Positions 51,549 through 62,400 of a stretch of 64,000 nucleotides of DNA are shown here, piece after piece. The stretch comes from an uncultured Gemmatimonadales bacterium (GTDB lineage: Bacteria > Gemmatimonadota > Gemmatimonadetes > Longimicrobiales > RSA9). Position 1 is the first letter of the stretch. Each line of letters opens with the position of its first letter. A program made the position numbers and the translations under genes. The stretch is taken from positions 4,896,001 to 4,960,000 of the forward strand of contig OY970192.1 in NCBI GenBank assembly GCA_963708135.1. Reading direction: 5' to 3'. The notes beneath the pieces were generated by a model that was not told where the DNA came from, ran no database searches, and saw nothing but the letters and a program-made list of their open reading frames with translations.

Positions 51549-54449
51549 TCACGGCGCGGAACCCCCCCGGCGTAGCGTGAGCACAACGGTGGGGTCCAGG
51601 GGGTAGCGTCCGAACCGTCGCCCGTAGATGGCGAGCCCTCCGGGGAGGGCATCCTCGACATCGAGTCGGACGACCAGCCCGCCCGCGGCCGCGGCGCGGA
51701 CCAACGCCTCGCGGGGAATCTCGACGCGCAGCAGCTCGCCGTAGGAGCCGGCCTCATGCAGGTGGCCGTCGTGCAGCTGGGCGTGCCAGGAGAGGATGCC
51801 GCGGTGGTCGGCGGCGTCGTTGGCGAGGAAGCGGCGGCCGGCGACGAGGCCGTTCACGCGCACCGTGACGGCGCTCGGGGAGCGCGAGCGGTCGGTCATC
51901 GGGTACGAGTTGGGGTTCAGCGTGGGGTCGAGGGTGCCCTTCCCGCGCATGAAGTCGCCGCGGATGCGGCCGGCGTCCGGGCGATCCTTGCCGAGCAGGC
52001 GCTTGGCGGAGACCTCCGCCAGGAAGCTGGCCGCGTCCAGGTCCTCGGGGCGGAGCCCCGCCGGCCAGGGTACGCGGTACTCGAAGAAGCCGGCGCCGGC
52101 CCCGTCCACCTTGAGCCCGTCCATCACCTTCCAGTGCCCGAGCGACCACGCCGCGGAGTCGAAGCTCGCGGGGTCGATCCGGATGAGCCGCGCGACGCGG
52201 CCGTCCGCGAGCGGCATGGCGGTCGGGAGCTCTCCCCCGACGTCGAACGTCGTGAAGTTGCGCTGGAGCACGTTGCCGACGGCGTCCTCGAGGCTGACCG
52301 CGAGCACGGCGACGGCGGGCTCGTCCGGCATCGGCACCGAGAGGGGCGCGAGGGGCGCGGAGAGCCAGGGACGGTAGGGAACCGCCCTCGTCGCCTGGAA
52401 CCATTGCTTGCGCTCGCCGAGCGCGTTCCAGCCGTACAGCTCGGCGTGCAGCCGGAGCGAGTCGCCCCAGGCGGTGCTGCCGGTCAGGAAGGACGCGTAG
52501 AGCGGCACATCGACGCGCTGCCCCGGCCGCACACCGCGGCAGAGCGAGTCGCCGACCACGAGGTAGAGCGGCGCGTGCAGGTCCCGGAGCGACATGCCGT
52601 CCACCAGCGCGCCGAGCCCGGTGTCCTTGGGGGAGCGGTCGAAGCGCCAGTAGCCGTTCCACTCGTTGATCACGTCGTGGAGCTCCGTGTAGAGCCAGCC
52701 GGCCACGCGCGGATGGCGGCGGAACGCGTTCAGGGCGCGGTGGTAGTCCCAGCTCCAGTCGACGTCGCCGGTGCTGCCCTCGTATCCCCAGACGTTGCCG
52801 AACTCGGCATTCAGGTCGGGCTGTGCCGCCTGGCGGTAGCCCGCCTCGAAGTTCCAGGGCGAGCCGGGGAAGGTGCTGTCGCTCACGGTGTCGAGCAGCG
52901 AGGCCCAGGCGTAGCCGGGCAGGTACATGTGCCAGGTGTTCAGGTCGGTCCCCGTGTGCCCGTGGCCGCAGCAGGGCGAGTTGTCGTCCACGAGCCGCGT
53001 GGGGTCGCGCGCCTTCGCGAGGTGGTAGACGGAGTCCACCCAGCGTTGCGTGCCGGGCAGGTAGCGCTCGTGGCCGGCCTGGTGGGTGAGCAGCCCCCAC
53101 GCCTCGTTGAAGGTGACCCAGGCGAAGATCGAGGGGTGGTCGTAGTCGCGCTCGATCATGGCCCGGAGCGTCGAGTCGACCTCGTGGCGCATGGCGGCGT
53201 CCGGCTCGCCCCACGAGTTGGGCACGTCCGCCATGAGGAGCAGCCCCAGCCGGTCGGCCCAGTAGAGCTTGCGCGGCGCCTCCACCTTCACGTGCTCGCG
53301 CAGCCCGGTCAGCCCGATCTGCCTGGCGCGCAGGATCTCCGCTTTCAACGCGCTGTCGCTCGGGAACGTGTAGAAGCCGGCCGGGTGGAACGCCTGGTCG
53401 AGCGCCATCTCGAGGTAGATCGGCCGGCCGTTCAGGGCGACGTAGCGGTTCGTCGTGCCGGGCACCGTCGCCACGGAGATGCTCCGCATCCCGAAGTAGG
53501 TGTCCACCACGTCGGGGACGAAGCCGGTCGTGTCGCCAGCGGCGGCGAGGGTGGCGGTGATCTCGTAGAGGAACGGGTCGTCGAGCGTCCACAGGTGCGG
53601 CTCGGGGATCTCTACGTCGAAGGCGACGCTGTCCACGCCCGCGCGCAGCCGCTTCGTCACTTCCGGGACCGTCACGTTCCGGAAGCGGAGGGTCAGCGCG
53701 AGCGGACGGGGTGCGGGGCCGAGCAGGCGCGCCGCGACGTGCACGTGCGGCCCGCCGCTGCCGGCCGGCGCCGCGCGGCCGAGGTCGGGCGAGAAGTGCA
53801 CCCAGCGCAGCGGCGCATCCCCGCGCGCGTCGAGGTACACCGTCTGCCAGATGCCGCGCGCGTTTCCGTACCCCTGCTTTCCCTCGAGCTTGAACGGCCG
53901 GGACGCATCGTCCACGCGCAGCACGAGGCGGTGCACCCCGCCGGCGGACCCGGCGGCGCCCGGTGAGCTGCGCGGGGGCGCCGTCGCCGGCAGCTCGAAT
54001 TCGAAGGGGGTGTAGCCGCCCTCGTGCGTGCCCAGCTCGTGCCCGTCCAGCCATGCGGTGGTACGCCAGTCGGACGCCCCGACCACGAGGAACACGCGCC
54101 TGCCACGCCAGGCCTCCGGAATGCGGATGTCCCGCGCGTACCAGCCGATGTAGGTCGTGTCGCCCACGCCCGATGCGGGGCTCGCCCACGAGAAGGGCAC
54201 CACGATGGTGTCGCCGCGCGGCGGCCCGGCGCGCGACCACCCCGCGGCGAGTCCGGTATCCTCCGGGTCCAGCCGGAAGTCCCATGTGCCGTTCAGGTTC
54301 AGCCAGGCGGGGCGCTGGAAGTCGGGGCGCGGGTGCTCCGGGAGCGGGATGGCGGGCTCCGGCGCCTGGGCGCGGGCGGGCGCGGCGGCGGCGAGCAGGA
54401 GGAGCAGGGCCGCGGCGCGGCGTGTCGGGGAGGCGAGGTCGTGAGGCAT
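51549..54449 (-). CDS. Glycoside hydrolase family 2, exported
   Basis: PEHPRPDFQR..WLNLNGTW, GIWQTV, YFGMR, LDQ, WVTFNEAWG, NAEFG. Confidence 0.88.
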   Translation of the reverse strand: MPHDLASPTRRAAALLLLLAAAAPARAQAPEPAIPLPEHPRPDFQRPAWLNLNGTWDFRLDPEDTGLAAGWSRAGPPRGDTIVVPFSWASPASGVGDTTYIGWYARDIRIPEAWRGRRVFLVVGASDWRTTAWLDGHELGTHEGGYTPFEFELPATAPPRSSPGAAGSAGGVHRLVLRVDDASRPFKLEGKQGYGNARGIWQTVYLDARGDAPLRWVHFSPDLGRAAPAGSGGPHVHVAARLLGPAPRPLALTLRFRNVTVPEVTKRLRAGVDSVAFDVEIPEPHLWTLDDPFLYEITATLAAAGDTTGFVPDVVDTYFGMRSISVATVPGTTNRYVALNGRPIYLEMALDQAFHPAGFYTFPSDSALKAEILRARQIGLTGLREHVKVEAPRKLYWADRLGLLLMADVPNSWGEPDAAMRHEVDSTLRAMIERDYDHPSIFAWVTFNEAWGLLTHQAGHERYLPGTQRWVDSVYHLAKARDPTRLVDDNSPCCGHGHTGTDLNTWHMYLPGYAWASLLDTVSDSTFPGSPWNFEAGYRQAAQPDLNAEFGNVWGYEGSTGDVDWSWDYHRALNAFRRHPRVAGWLYTELHDVINEWNGYWRFDRSPKDTGLGALVDGMSLRDLHAPLYLVVGDSLCRGVRPGQRVDVPLYASFLTGSTAWGDSLRLHAELYGWNALGERKQWFQATRAVPYRPWLSAPLAPLSVPMPDEPAVAVLAVSLEDAVGNVLQRNFTTFDVGGELPTAMPLADGRVARLIRIDPASFDSAAWSLGHWKVMDGLKVDGAGAGFFEYRVPWPAGLRPEDLDAASFLAEVSAKRLLGKDRPDAGRIRGDFMRGKGTLDPTLNPNSYPMTDRSRSPSAVTVRVNGLVAGRRFLANDAADHRGILSWHAQLHDGHLHEAGSYGELLRVEIPREALVRAAAAGGLVVRLDVEDALPGGLAIYGRRFGRYPLDPTVVLTLRRGGSAP

Positions 54450-54760
54450 GGCTGACGAAAGTCGGGCTCGGGGGCGGGATCTCGGTCGGTCGGACGCGCG
54501 GCGCATGGGGGAGAAGGTCGCCCGCACGCAACCGGCCGGCAAGCGGCGGTGCCCGGGCGCGCGTGTAAGGCGATGGGGCCGAGAGCCGGTCCACGCGGAG
54601 ACGCCGGCGAGCGGAGCCCGGCGAGCCGGTCACGACGGCAGCTGGCCGGCGACGTGGAGTCCGCGCCTCGCCGGAGAGGAGCTCCAGGTCGATCCTGCCT
54701 TCTCCGGCCTCCCTGCGTGCCGGCGTGGAACGATACGGATCCGTGCGCCTTGCGCTTGCG

Positions 54761-56206
54761 CTACCAGTCAATGCGGCCGCGCTTCAGCACGTGGACCACG
54801 CTCGTGGTGTTGCGGATGTCGGCGAGCGGGTCGCGGGCGAGGATGACGATGTCGGCGTCGCGGCCGGGGGCGAGGGTGCCCGTGCGGTCCTGGATGCCGA
54901 GGACGCGGGCGGCCACGGACGTGGCGGCCTCGAGCGCCTCCATCGGCGTGAGGCCGCCGCGCTCGACGAGCAGCGCGAGCTCGCGGTGGACGTTGGGGAG
55001 GTCGCCGGGCTGGTCGGCGCCGATGGTGTCGGTGCCGGCGGCGATGGCGACACCGAGCTCGTGGGCGCGTCGGGTGGCGGCCGCGGCCCAGAGGAAGCCG
55101 GCGGAGTCGCGGCCGAGGGACTGCACGTAAAGCGTCGGCTCGAGGATCGTGCCGCGCGCGGCCATGTCGTGGAACAGGTGGTCGAAGGCCGGATCCGCGA
55201 GCGAGACGTGCGCGTAGTCGGCATGGTAGCGGTGGGTGTAGTCGGGGATCGGGCGGGCGGCCTCCCAGACGAGCAGCGCGGCATGGGAAAGGACGTCGAT
55301 GCCGGCGTCCACGCAATCGGACGGGCGGGCGGGGAAGAGGGTGGCGTGGCTCCACACCCTGAGCCCCTGGCGATGCGCCTCCGCGACGAGAGGCGTGAGC
55401 GGCGCCGCTGCGACGGCGGCGTAGACCTTGATCCCGGTGGCGCCGGTCCCTTTCGCCTCCGCGATGGCGAGCGGCCAGTTGGTCCTGTCCGTGACCGCCC
55501 GCGCCCACGGCGCCTGCCCGGGCGGCACGCCGCGCGCCGCGGCCAGCACGCGCGGGTCCTTGAAGAAGTCGGGGCCGGCGAACAGGGCCGAGTAGTGGAT
55601 GTCGGGCGAGGCGATCTCGCCGAGCTCCGCCGCGCGCGCGAGGCCTGCGAGCACGCGGGCGTCGCCGGCCATGTCGCGCACCGTGGTGACCCCGCCGAGG
55701 ATGGCGTTCCGGAGCCGCCGCGCGTTCACGTCCCACGTGTCGGTGCCGCTGGGGTCGGTGGCCAGGTGGACGTGGGTGTCGATGAGCCCCGGGATGGCGT
55801 AGCGGCCGGCCAGCTCCAGCCGCTCGGCGCCGGCCGGCAGCGGCCGCGCGCCGTCGGCGAACACGGCGGCGACGCGCCCGTCCTCGATGAGAATCGTGGT
55901 GCCGGGCCGCGCCGGCGCGCCGGTGCCGTCGATCACGGTGAGGCCCGTGAGCGCGAGCGGCGCGCCGCCGGGCGTGCCCGTGCGCGCGGAGCCCGTGCCG
56001 GCTGGCTCCTGTGCACGCAGGTGACCGGGAGCGCACAGCGTGGCGCCGGCCAGCAGCAGGGCGCCGAGCGCGGCATGGATCCCGCCATGCGACGCGGCCT
56101 GAATCCCTGGAGGGCGAGCGGTGCCGGGGGAGGTCGATGGGCGGGCCGCGACGGCGGCTCTCGCAGCGGGACGGGAGCGTAGCTCTGGCGTGAAGCCGGA
56201 CGGCAC
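54761..56206 (-). CDS. Amidohydrolase family protein
   Basis: IPGLIDTHVH, GVTTVRDM, IKVY, AGTD, GRDADIVIL; AGGAGG before GTG 56206. Confidence 0.88.
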   Translation of the reverse strand: MPSGFTPELRSRPAARAAVAARPSTSPGTARPPGIQAASHGGIHAALGALLLAGATLCAPGHLRAQEPAGTGSARTGTPGGAPLALTGLTVIDGTGAPARPGTTILIEDGRVAAVFADGARPLPAGAERLELAGRYAIPGLIDTHVHLATDPSGTDTWDVNARRLRNAILGGVTTVRDMAGDARVLAGLARAAELGEIASPDIHYSALFAGPDFFKDPRVLAAARGVPPGQAPWARAVTDRTNWPLAIAEAKGTGATGIKVYAAVAAAPLTPLVAEAHRQGLRVWSHATLFPARPSDCVDAGIDVLSHAALLVWEAARPIPDYTHRYHADYAHVSLADPAFDHLFHDMAARGTILEPTLYVQSLGRDSAGFLWAAAATRRAHELGVAIAAGTDTIGADQPGDLPNVHRELALLVERGGLTPMEALEAATSVAARVLGIQDRTGTLAPGRDADIVILARDPLADIRNTTSVVHVLKRGRIDW

Positions 56207-56450
56207 GTCTGTCCTCCTGCGGTCGGTCTGTCGAGGGGTGCGGGAGCGCCACAAGCTACGGCACCCGAAGGGGCGGAGCAAAGCGTCACGCGGGCGGGCG
56301 GGCGAGGGGGCATCGGGCCGCGGCGCCAGCGTACGGATCGGGGCTTGCCGCGTGTACCGGAAACCGCGTACTTTTCGTCATATTCCTGCCGTACGGCCGC
56401 CAACGGCGGCTGCCGCCGGTGGTCGAACCACCTCAATTGGATATCCCTCG

Positions 56451-56855
56451 ATGGAGTCGGCGCACCCACAGTCCGGCCGCAGTGCGGTCATCCTGGTCGT
56501 GGACCGGGACCCGAACGTGCGTGAGCTGGAGGCGTACTTCCTCCGCGAGGCGGGGTTCGCGGTGGAGTTCGCGGACGACGGGCGCTCGGCGCTGGAGCTG
56601 GTGCGCGAGCTGCGCCCGGCGATGGTGATCACGGAGATCCTCGTGCCGGGGGTGGATGGTCTGGCCGTGTGCCGGCGGATCAAGGAGGACCCGGAGCTGA
56701 GCGAGACGCGGGTCCTGATCTTCAGCATCCTGGCGGCGTCCGGGCGCGCGCGGGAAGCGGGCGCGGACGCCTTCCTGTTGAAGCCTCTGGCCGAGCGTTC
56801 GCTGCTGGGGACGGTGCGCGCGCTGCTCGAACCGAGCGAGGAGCGGAGCGTATGA
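56451..56855 (+). CDS. Single-domain receiver protein with Glu in place of the phospho-Asp
   Basis: ILVVDRD...MVITEILVPGVDG...GADAFLLKP. Confidence 0.85.
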   Translation: MESAHPQSGRSAVILVVDRDPNVRELEAYFLREAGFAVEFADDGRSALELVRELRPAMVITEILVPGVDGLAVCRRIKEDPELSETRVLIFSILAASGRAREAGADAFLLKPLAERSLLGTVRALLEPSEERSV

Positions 56856-58276
56856 GCGAGCCGCTGGTGGTGGGGGCCGGTGCCCACCGGGTCGGCACGG
56901 GCAACCCGGAGCTGGACGAGGTTCTGCGCGGCGGGTTCCCGGTGGGCTCGATCAACGTGATCATGGGGCATCCGGGCACGGGCAAGACGGTGCTGGCGGA
57001 GCAGATGCTGTTCGCGAACGCGGTCGGCCCGCGGCCGGGCGTGTACCTGACGACGCTGTCGGAGCCGTTCGCGAAGGTGGTCTCGCATCTGCAGACCTTC
57101 ACGTTCTACGACGAGGAGCGGATGCTCTCGTCGGTGGTGTACGAGGATGTGGGCTCCGGCATCCTCGAGGGCGGCCCCGCGTTCGTGCTGGAGCGGGTGG
57201 GGCAGCTGATCCGGGAGCGGCAGCCGCGGATCCTGGTGATCGACTCGTTCAAGGCGCTGCACGACCTGGCGGAGTCGCAGCAGTCGATGCGGCGGATGGT
57301 GTCCGAGCTGGCGGGGCTCCTCTCGGCCTACTCGGTCACGACGTTCCTCGTGGGCGAGTACTCCGAGGCGGAACTGGTGGAGTACCCGGAGTTCGCGGTG
57401 GCGGATGGCATCATCCAGCTGGTGCGGCACCCGTCAGGTAGGCGCGACGAGCGCTACCTGCGCGTGCTGAAGCTGCGGGGCAGCGCGTACCGGGAGGGGC
57501 TGCACGCCTTCCGGATCGGGGCGGCGGGGATCCGGGCGTTTCCGCGCAGCGTGACGCCGCGCGTGCCCACCGAATACATCGCGATGGACACGCGGGTCTC
57601 GACGGGGGTGGCGGGGCTCGACCGGATGCTGGGCGGGGGCCTCTGGGCGGGGAGCGCCACGCTGGTCACGGGGTCGGTCGGCAGCGGGAAGACGACGCTC
57701 GCGCTCACCTTCGCGATGGCGGGGCTGCGGCAGGGGGAGCCGAGCCTCTTCGTCAACTTCCAGGAGAATCCGACGCAGCTGGCGCGCGCGATCGCGGCGC
57801 TCGGCCTGGATCCATCGGAGCTGGAGGGGCGCGGGCTGCACCTGCTCTACTCCTCGCCCGTCGAGATGCAGATCGACGCGATCATGGTGGAGATCTACCG
57901 GCACGTCCGCGCCGGCCTCATCCGCCGCGTGGCGATCGATGGGCTGGGCGACCTGGCGCTCGCGGCATCGGACCGCGAGCGGTTCCACGACTATGTCTAC
58001 ACGCTGGTGCAGCACCTGGCGGCGGCTCGGATCACGTCCGCGATGACACTCGAGGTCGGCTCGGGGCTCCCGTCGAACACTGCGCGCGACGCGGAGCGCT
58101 TCAGCTCGCTCTCGGATGCGATCATCGCGCTCGAGATCGACTGGAGGCGCGAGCCGCCGCGGCGGACGCTGCGCATCGTGAAGGCACGCGGGATGCCGCA
58201 CCCGCTCGCGGCCGTCCCGATCCAGATCGAGCGCACGGGGATCCGGGTGCTCGAGGAAGAGGTGTCGAATGGCTGA
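56852..58276 (+). CDS. KaiC-like double-domain ATPase
   Basis: Walker A motifs GHPGTGKT and GSVGSGKT, LVIDS, VLKLRG, IVKARG. Confidence 0.9.
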   Translation: MSEPLVVGAGAHRVGTGNPELDEVLRGGFPVGSINVIMGHPGTGKTVLAEQMLFANAVGPRPGVYLTTLSEPFAKVVSHLQTFTFYDEERMLSSVVYEDVGSGILEGGPAFVLERVGQLIRERQPRILVIDSFKALHDLAESQQSMRRMVSELAGLLSAYSVTTFLVGEYSEAELVEYPEFAVADGIIQLVRHPSGRRDERYLRVLKLRGSAYREGLHAFRIGAAGIRAFPRSVTPRVPTEYIAMDTRVSTGVAGLDRMLGGGLWAGSATLVTGSVGSGKTTLALTFAMAGLRQGEPSLFVNFQENPTQLARAIAALGLDPSELEGRGLHLLYSSPVEMQIDAIMVEIYRHVRAGLIRRVAIDGLGDLALAASDRERFHDYVYTLVQHLAAARITSAMTLEVGSGLPSNTARDAERFSSLSDAIIALEIDWRREPPRRTLRIVKARGMPHPLAAVPIQIERTGIRVLEEEVSNG

Positions 58277-59487
58277 GCAGACGAGGGACCGGCGGCCGGC
58301 GCTGAGCCGGCTCACGGCGGTGAGTCGGGCGCTGACCTACGCGGCGTCGCTCGAGGAGGTGCTGGACATCAGCGTGGAGAGCGCGGTCGAAATGCTCGGG
58401 GCGCACGCCGCGCTGCTTCTGCTGACCGATGCCGATGGGCTGCTCCGGATCGCCGCCTCGCGGGGGCTGGCGCCCTCCGTTGCGGAGCGGTTCCACGAGC
58501 CGCTGGACGAGCGGCTGGCGGGGCGGCTCGCGAGCGCGCTGGGCGCGGACTCGCCGGCGCTGTTCCTGGGCGTGCCGCTGGTCGTGCGTGGCGCGGTCAC
58601 GGGGCTGCTCGCGGTGCTGCGCGCGGAGGCGGGACCGATCAGCGAGAGCGACGAATGGCTGCTCTCCGCGCTGGCCGACCAGGCCTCCGTGGCGCTCGAG
58701 AGCGCGCGCGACCAGGAGGCGCGGGTGCGGCTCGAGCGGAGGGTGAACGAGCTCGAGCAGCTGTCGAGCGCGCGCGAGGAAGCGCTCCGGATGGTCGGCC
58801 ACGACCTGCGCTCGCCGCTCTCCGCGATGCTCGGCTACATCCGAGATGCTCTCGGCACGAGTCTTCGGCCCGCTGACGGAGGCGCAGGCGGAGCGGCTCG
58901 GGCGGGTGGAGTCGATCGGTCGCCATCTGGCGGCGCTGCTGGACATGGTGCGGGACATGGGCCGCCTGGCGGCGGGCGAGCTTGAGCTGCAGGTGGCACC
59001 GGTCCGGCTCGAGCCGATCGTCGCGGAGGCCGTCGAGATCGTGGCGCTGGAGGCCCGGGAGGCGGGGGTGGACATCCGCGCCGTGACCGCTGGCGAGATC
59101 GTCGTGCGCGCGAGCCGCGACCGCCTCCGGCAGGTGCTCGTGCATCTGCTGGACAACGCCATCAAGTACAGCGCCATGGGGACGCAGGTGTCGGTTCTCG
59201 CGGCGGCGGAGGACGCGCAATCGCCGCGGTGGGTGGAGATCCGCGTCACCGACGACGGCCCTGGCATTCCGGCGGACCAGCTCGAGACGGTGTTCGAGCC
59301 GTACCGGCGGCTTCCGGGCACCGCGACGCTCAAGCCCGGCGTGGGGCTGGGGCTCTCCCTCGGCCGCGCGCTCGTCGAGCTGATGGGCGGGACCCTGATC
59401 GCGGAATCGGCCGAGAGGGGGGCGAGCTTCCTCGTCCGGCTGCCGCGGGCGGGGCCGCGCGAGCCGAAGGATTCGGCCGAGCTCTGA
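58269..59487 (+). pseudogene. GAF-domain sensor histidine kinase split by a +1 frameshift near 58841
   Basis: H-box GHDLRSPL is in one frame; LLDNAIKYS, DDGPG and GVGLGL are in the next. Removing one C gives LGYIEMLSARVFGPL. Confidence 0.8.
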
Positions 59488-59498
59488 ACAGCCGAGCG

Positions 59499-62400
59499 CT
59501 ACCTCGACCTCAACTCCTTCCAGCGCGCCTTCACGGCCTCGAGCTTCTCCCCATAATCGTGGTACACGGCACGCTGCCCCCGGGTGGGGGCGGCGTCGGC
59601 GCTCTCCACGGCCGTGAAGAGGCTGGCCAGCACGCCATCGATCTCCTGCAGGCCCCCGGTGCCGGAGCGCAGGTCGGCGAAGCGGCCGGCGACGTCGGGG
59701 CCCGCCGTCGCTTTCTTCTGCTGGAGCAAGGCGCCGATGGCGCTGTCGGCGGCGGCGGCGGCGCGCAGCGAGGCGGCGATGCTGTCGGCGAGGGCGAGCT
59801 GGCTCTCGAGGGCGCCGGCGGGCGGGTGCACGCGCGGGTCGAGCGTGACGGTGAGCGGCTGGGTCAGCGTGCTTCCGGCGGCCTCGAGCGTGACGGTGTA
59901 GCGGCCGGGCAGCACGAGGGCGCCCTCGGGGAGGAGCGGCGTGTGCTCGGGCCAGACGGCGGCGATCGAGTGCTCGTAGTGGAGCGCGGGCGGGCGCGGC
60001 CCGCGCAGGTCCCAGACGTAGCGGTGCATTCCGGCCGCGGTGGACAGGCGCTGCGGCGCGCCGAGCCAGTCCTTCGTGAAGTAGCGTTCGGCGGGCAGCT
60101 CGGGCGGCGGCTCGTCGCTCGAGAAGCGGCGCACGAGCGCGCCCGCGGCGTCCTTCACGGCGAGCGTCACGGCGCCGCTCGTCGAATCGGCCAGCCAGTA
60201 GTCGATCACGGCGCCCGTCGGCGGGTTCTCCCCGAGGGGTGTCGAGGGCGGCCAGGGGGTGTCGCGGTTCTCGTCGGCGCGCAGGCGGATGGCGGTGTCG
60301 GGGCGGAACAGGTAGGCGGGTGCCGCGGCCACGTCGGCGCCGGCCTGGCGGAGCGGGCTCACGTCGTCGAGCACCCAGAGGCCGCGGCCGTTCGTGGCGG
60401 CGATGAGGTCGCCGTCGTGGACGAGCAGGTCGCGGACCTGCACGGTGGGCAGGTTCAGCGCGAGCGACTGCCAGTGCGCGCCGTCGTCGAAGGAGACGTA
60501 GACGCGGCGGCGGGTGCCCGCGTAGAGGAGCCCCGGCTTCACGGGGTCCGCGCGGACCGTCATGACGTAGTCGTCGGCGTGGATCCTGTCCGTGATCCTG
60601 GTCCAGGTCTTCCCGAAGTCCCCCGTCCGGAGGACGAGCGGCGCGTCGTTGCCGATGCGGTGCATGTCGACCACGGCGTAGGCCGTGCCATCCGTGAAAC
60701 GCGACGGCGAGATCGCGTCGATCCGGCCCCACGCCGGCACCGCGGGCGGCGTCACGTTCGTCCAGTGCGCGCCGCCGTCCCTGGTCAGCTGGATCAGCCC
60801 GTCGTCCGTGCCGACCCAGATCTCGTCCGCCTGCAGCGGTGAGGGCGCGATGGTGTAGATGACGCCGAACCCGCAGCGCACCGCCTCTGCGGGCGATGGA
60901 TCCTGGCAGGGGGGCGCGGCGCGGCGGCTCTCCCTCGCGTCCGCCTTCGCAACAGCAGGGTCGCTCGGTGGAGCCGCCGCGCCGCGACCCCCGCCAGGGG
61001 CGGCGCCGGTGAGGTCGGGGCTGATGGTGCGCCACGTGTCGCCGTCGTCATCCGAGCGGAACAGGACCTGGGCGCCGAAGAACATCGGGTGCGGCGGCAG
61101 CGGCGAGAACTCGAGCGGCGTGATCCAGGTGTAGCGGTACTTCACGGTGGTGGGCCGCGCGCCGTAGGTGGAGACGGGCCAGGGCGAGGCCTCGGCGACC
61201 TGGCGGGTGGTCTCGTCGAAGCGCGAGAGGTGGCCGCCGAGGCCGCTGCCGAAGACGGTGTCCGGCGCGCCCGGCTTCGGCACCATGTAGTCGCGCTCGT
61301 CGCCGCCGACGGGGTGCCAGTCGCGCAGCTCGATCACGCCGTAGGGGCCGCGGCTGAGGATGCCCACGGTGCCGTTGTCCTGCTGGCCGCTGTAGATGCG
61401 GTAGGGGAAGCGGTCGTCGGCGGCCACGTGGTAGAACTGGCCGGTGGGCTGGTTGTACCAGCTCGACCACATGCGGCCGCCGTCCACCGTGACGGCCGCG
61501 CCCTGGTCGGCGCCGGTGACCATGTGGGAGGGATCGGCCGGGTCGATCCAGAGGAAGTGGTAGTCGTCCCCGCCGGGCGCGCCCTTGACGATGGTGATGG
61601 TGCGCCCGCCGTCAGTCGAGCGGCGGATCGACTGGCCCATGACGTAGACGGTGTTCGGGTCGTCGGGCGCCACGGTAACGCGCCCGAAGTAGTCGCTGGC
61701 CAGGGCGGCGTCGGCGTTCACACGCGTCCAGTGCGCGCCGCCATCGCCGGAGCGGTAGAGCCCGGATGCGTCGCCGGAGGCGACGATGCTGGCGTAGACG
61801 ACGTCGCCCGACACGGCGATGCCGATGCGGCCGAGCGGGCCAGGCGGCAGCCCGCCGCCGGAGAGGCGGGACCAGTGCGCGCCGCCGTCGGTGCTCTTCC
61901 AGATGCCGGAGCCGGGGCCGATGCGCGGCTGGAAGTAGTCCAGCCACGGGTGCATCTGCGTCTGCCAGGTGGCCGCGTAGACGACGCCGGGGTGCGCATC
62001 GTCCCGCGCCAGGTCCACAGCGCCCGTGCGGTCGTTCTCCGGCGCGAGCACCCGCGTCCAGCGCGCGCCGCCGTCGGTGGTGAGGTAGACGCCGCGGTCG
62101 CGGCTCGCGGCGAAGTAGGGCCCCAGGGCGGCCACGAGGACACGGTCGGGGTCGTGCGGGTCCACGAGGATGCGGCCGATGTGGCGCGACTCGCGAAGGC
62201 CGGTGTTCCTCCACGTCTCGCCGCCATCGGCGGAGCGGTACACGCCGTCCCCCTCGAGCACGTCGTAGCGCGCGGCCACCTGGCCGGTGCCGACGTAGAG
62301 CACGCTCGCATCCGAGGATGCGACGGCGAGCGCGCCCACGGACGCCGCGCTCTCGTGCTGCATGAGCGGCCGCCATGTGCGGCCCGCGTCGTCCGTCCGC

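Noticed and set aside
56852..58276. True circadian clock kaiC
   Set aside because: No kaiA/kaiB nearby, and the context is two-component signalling.
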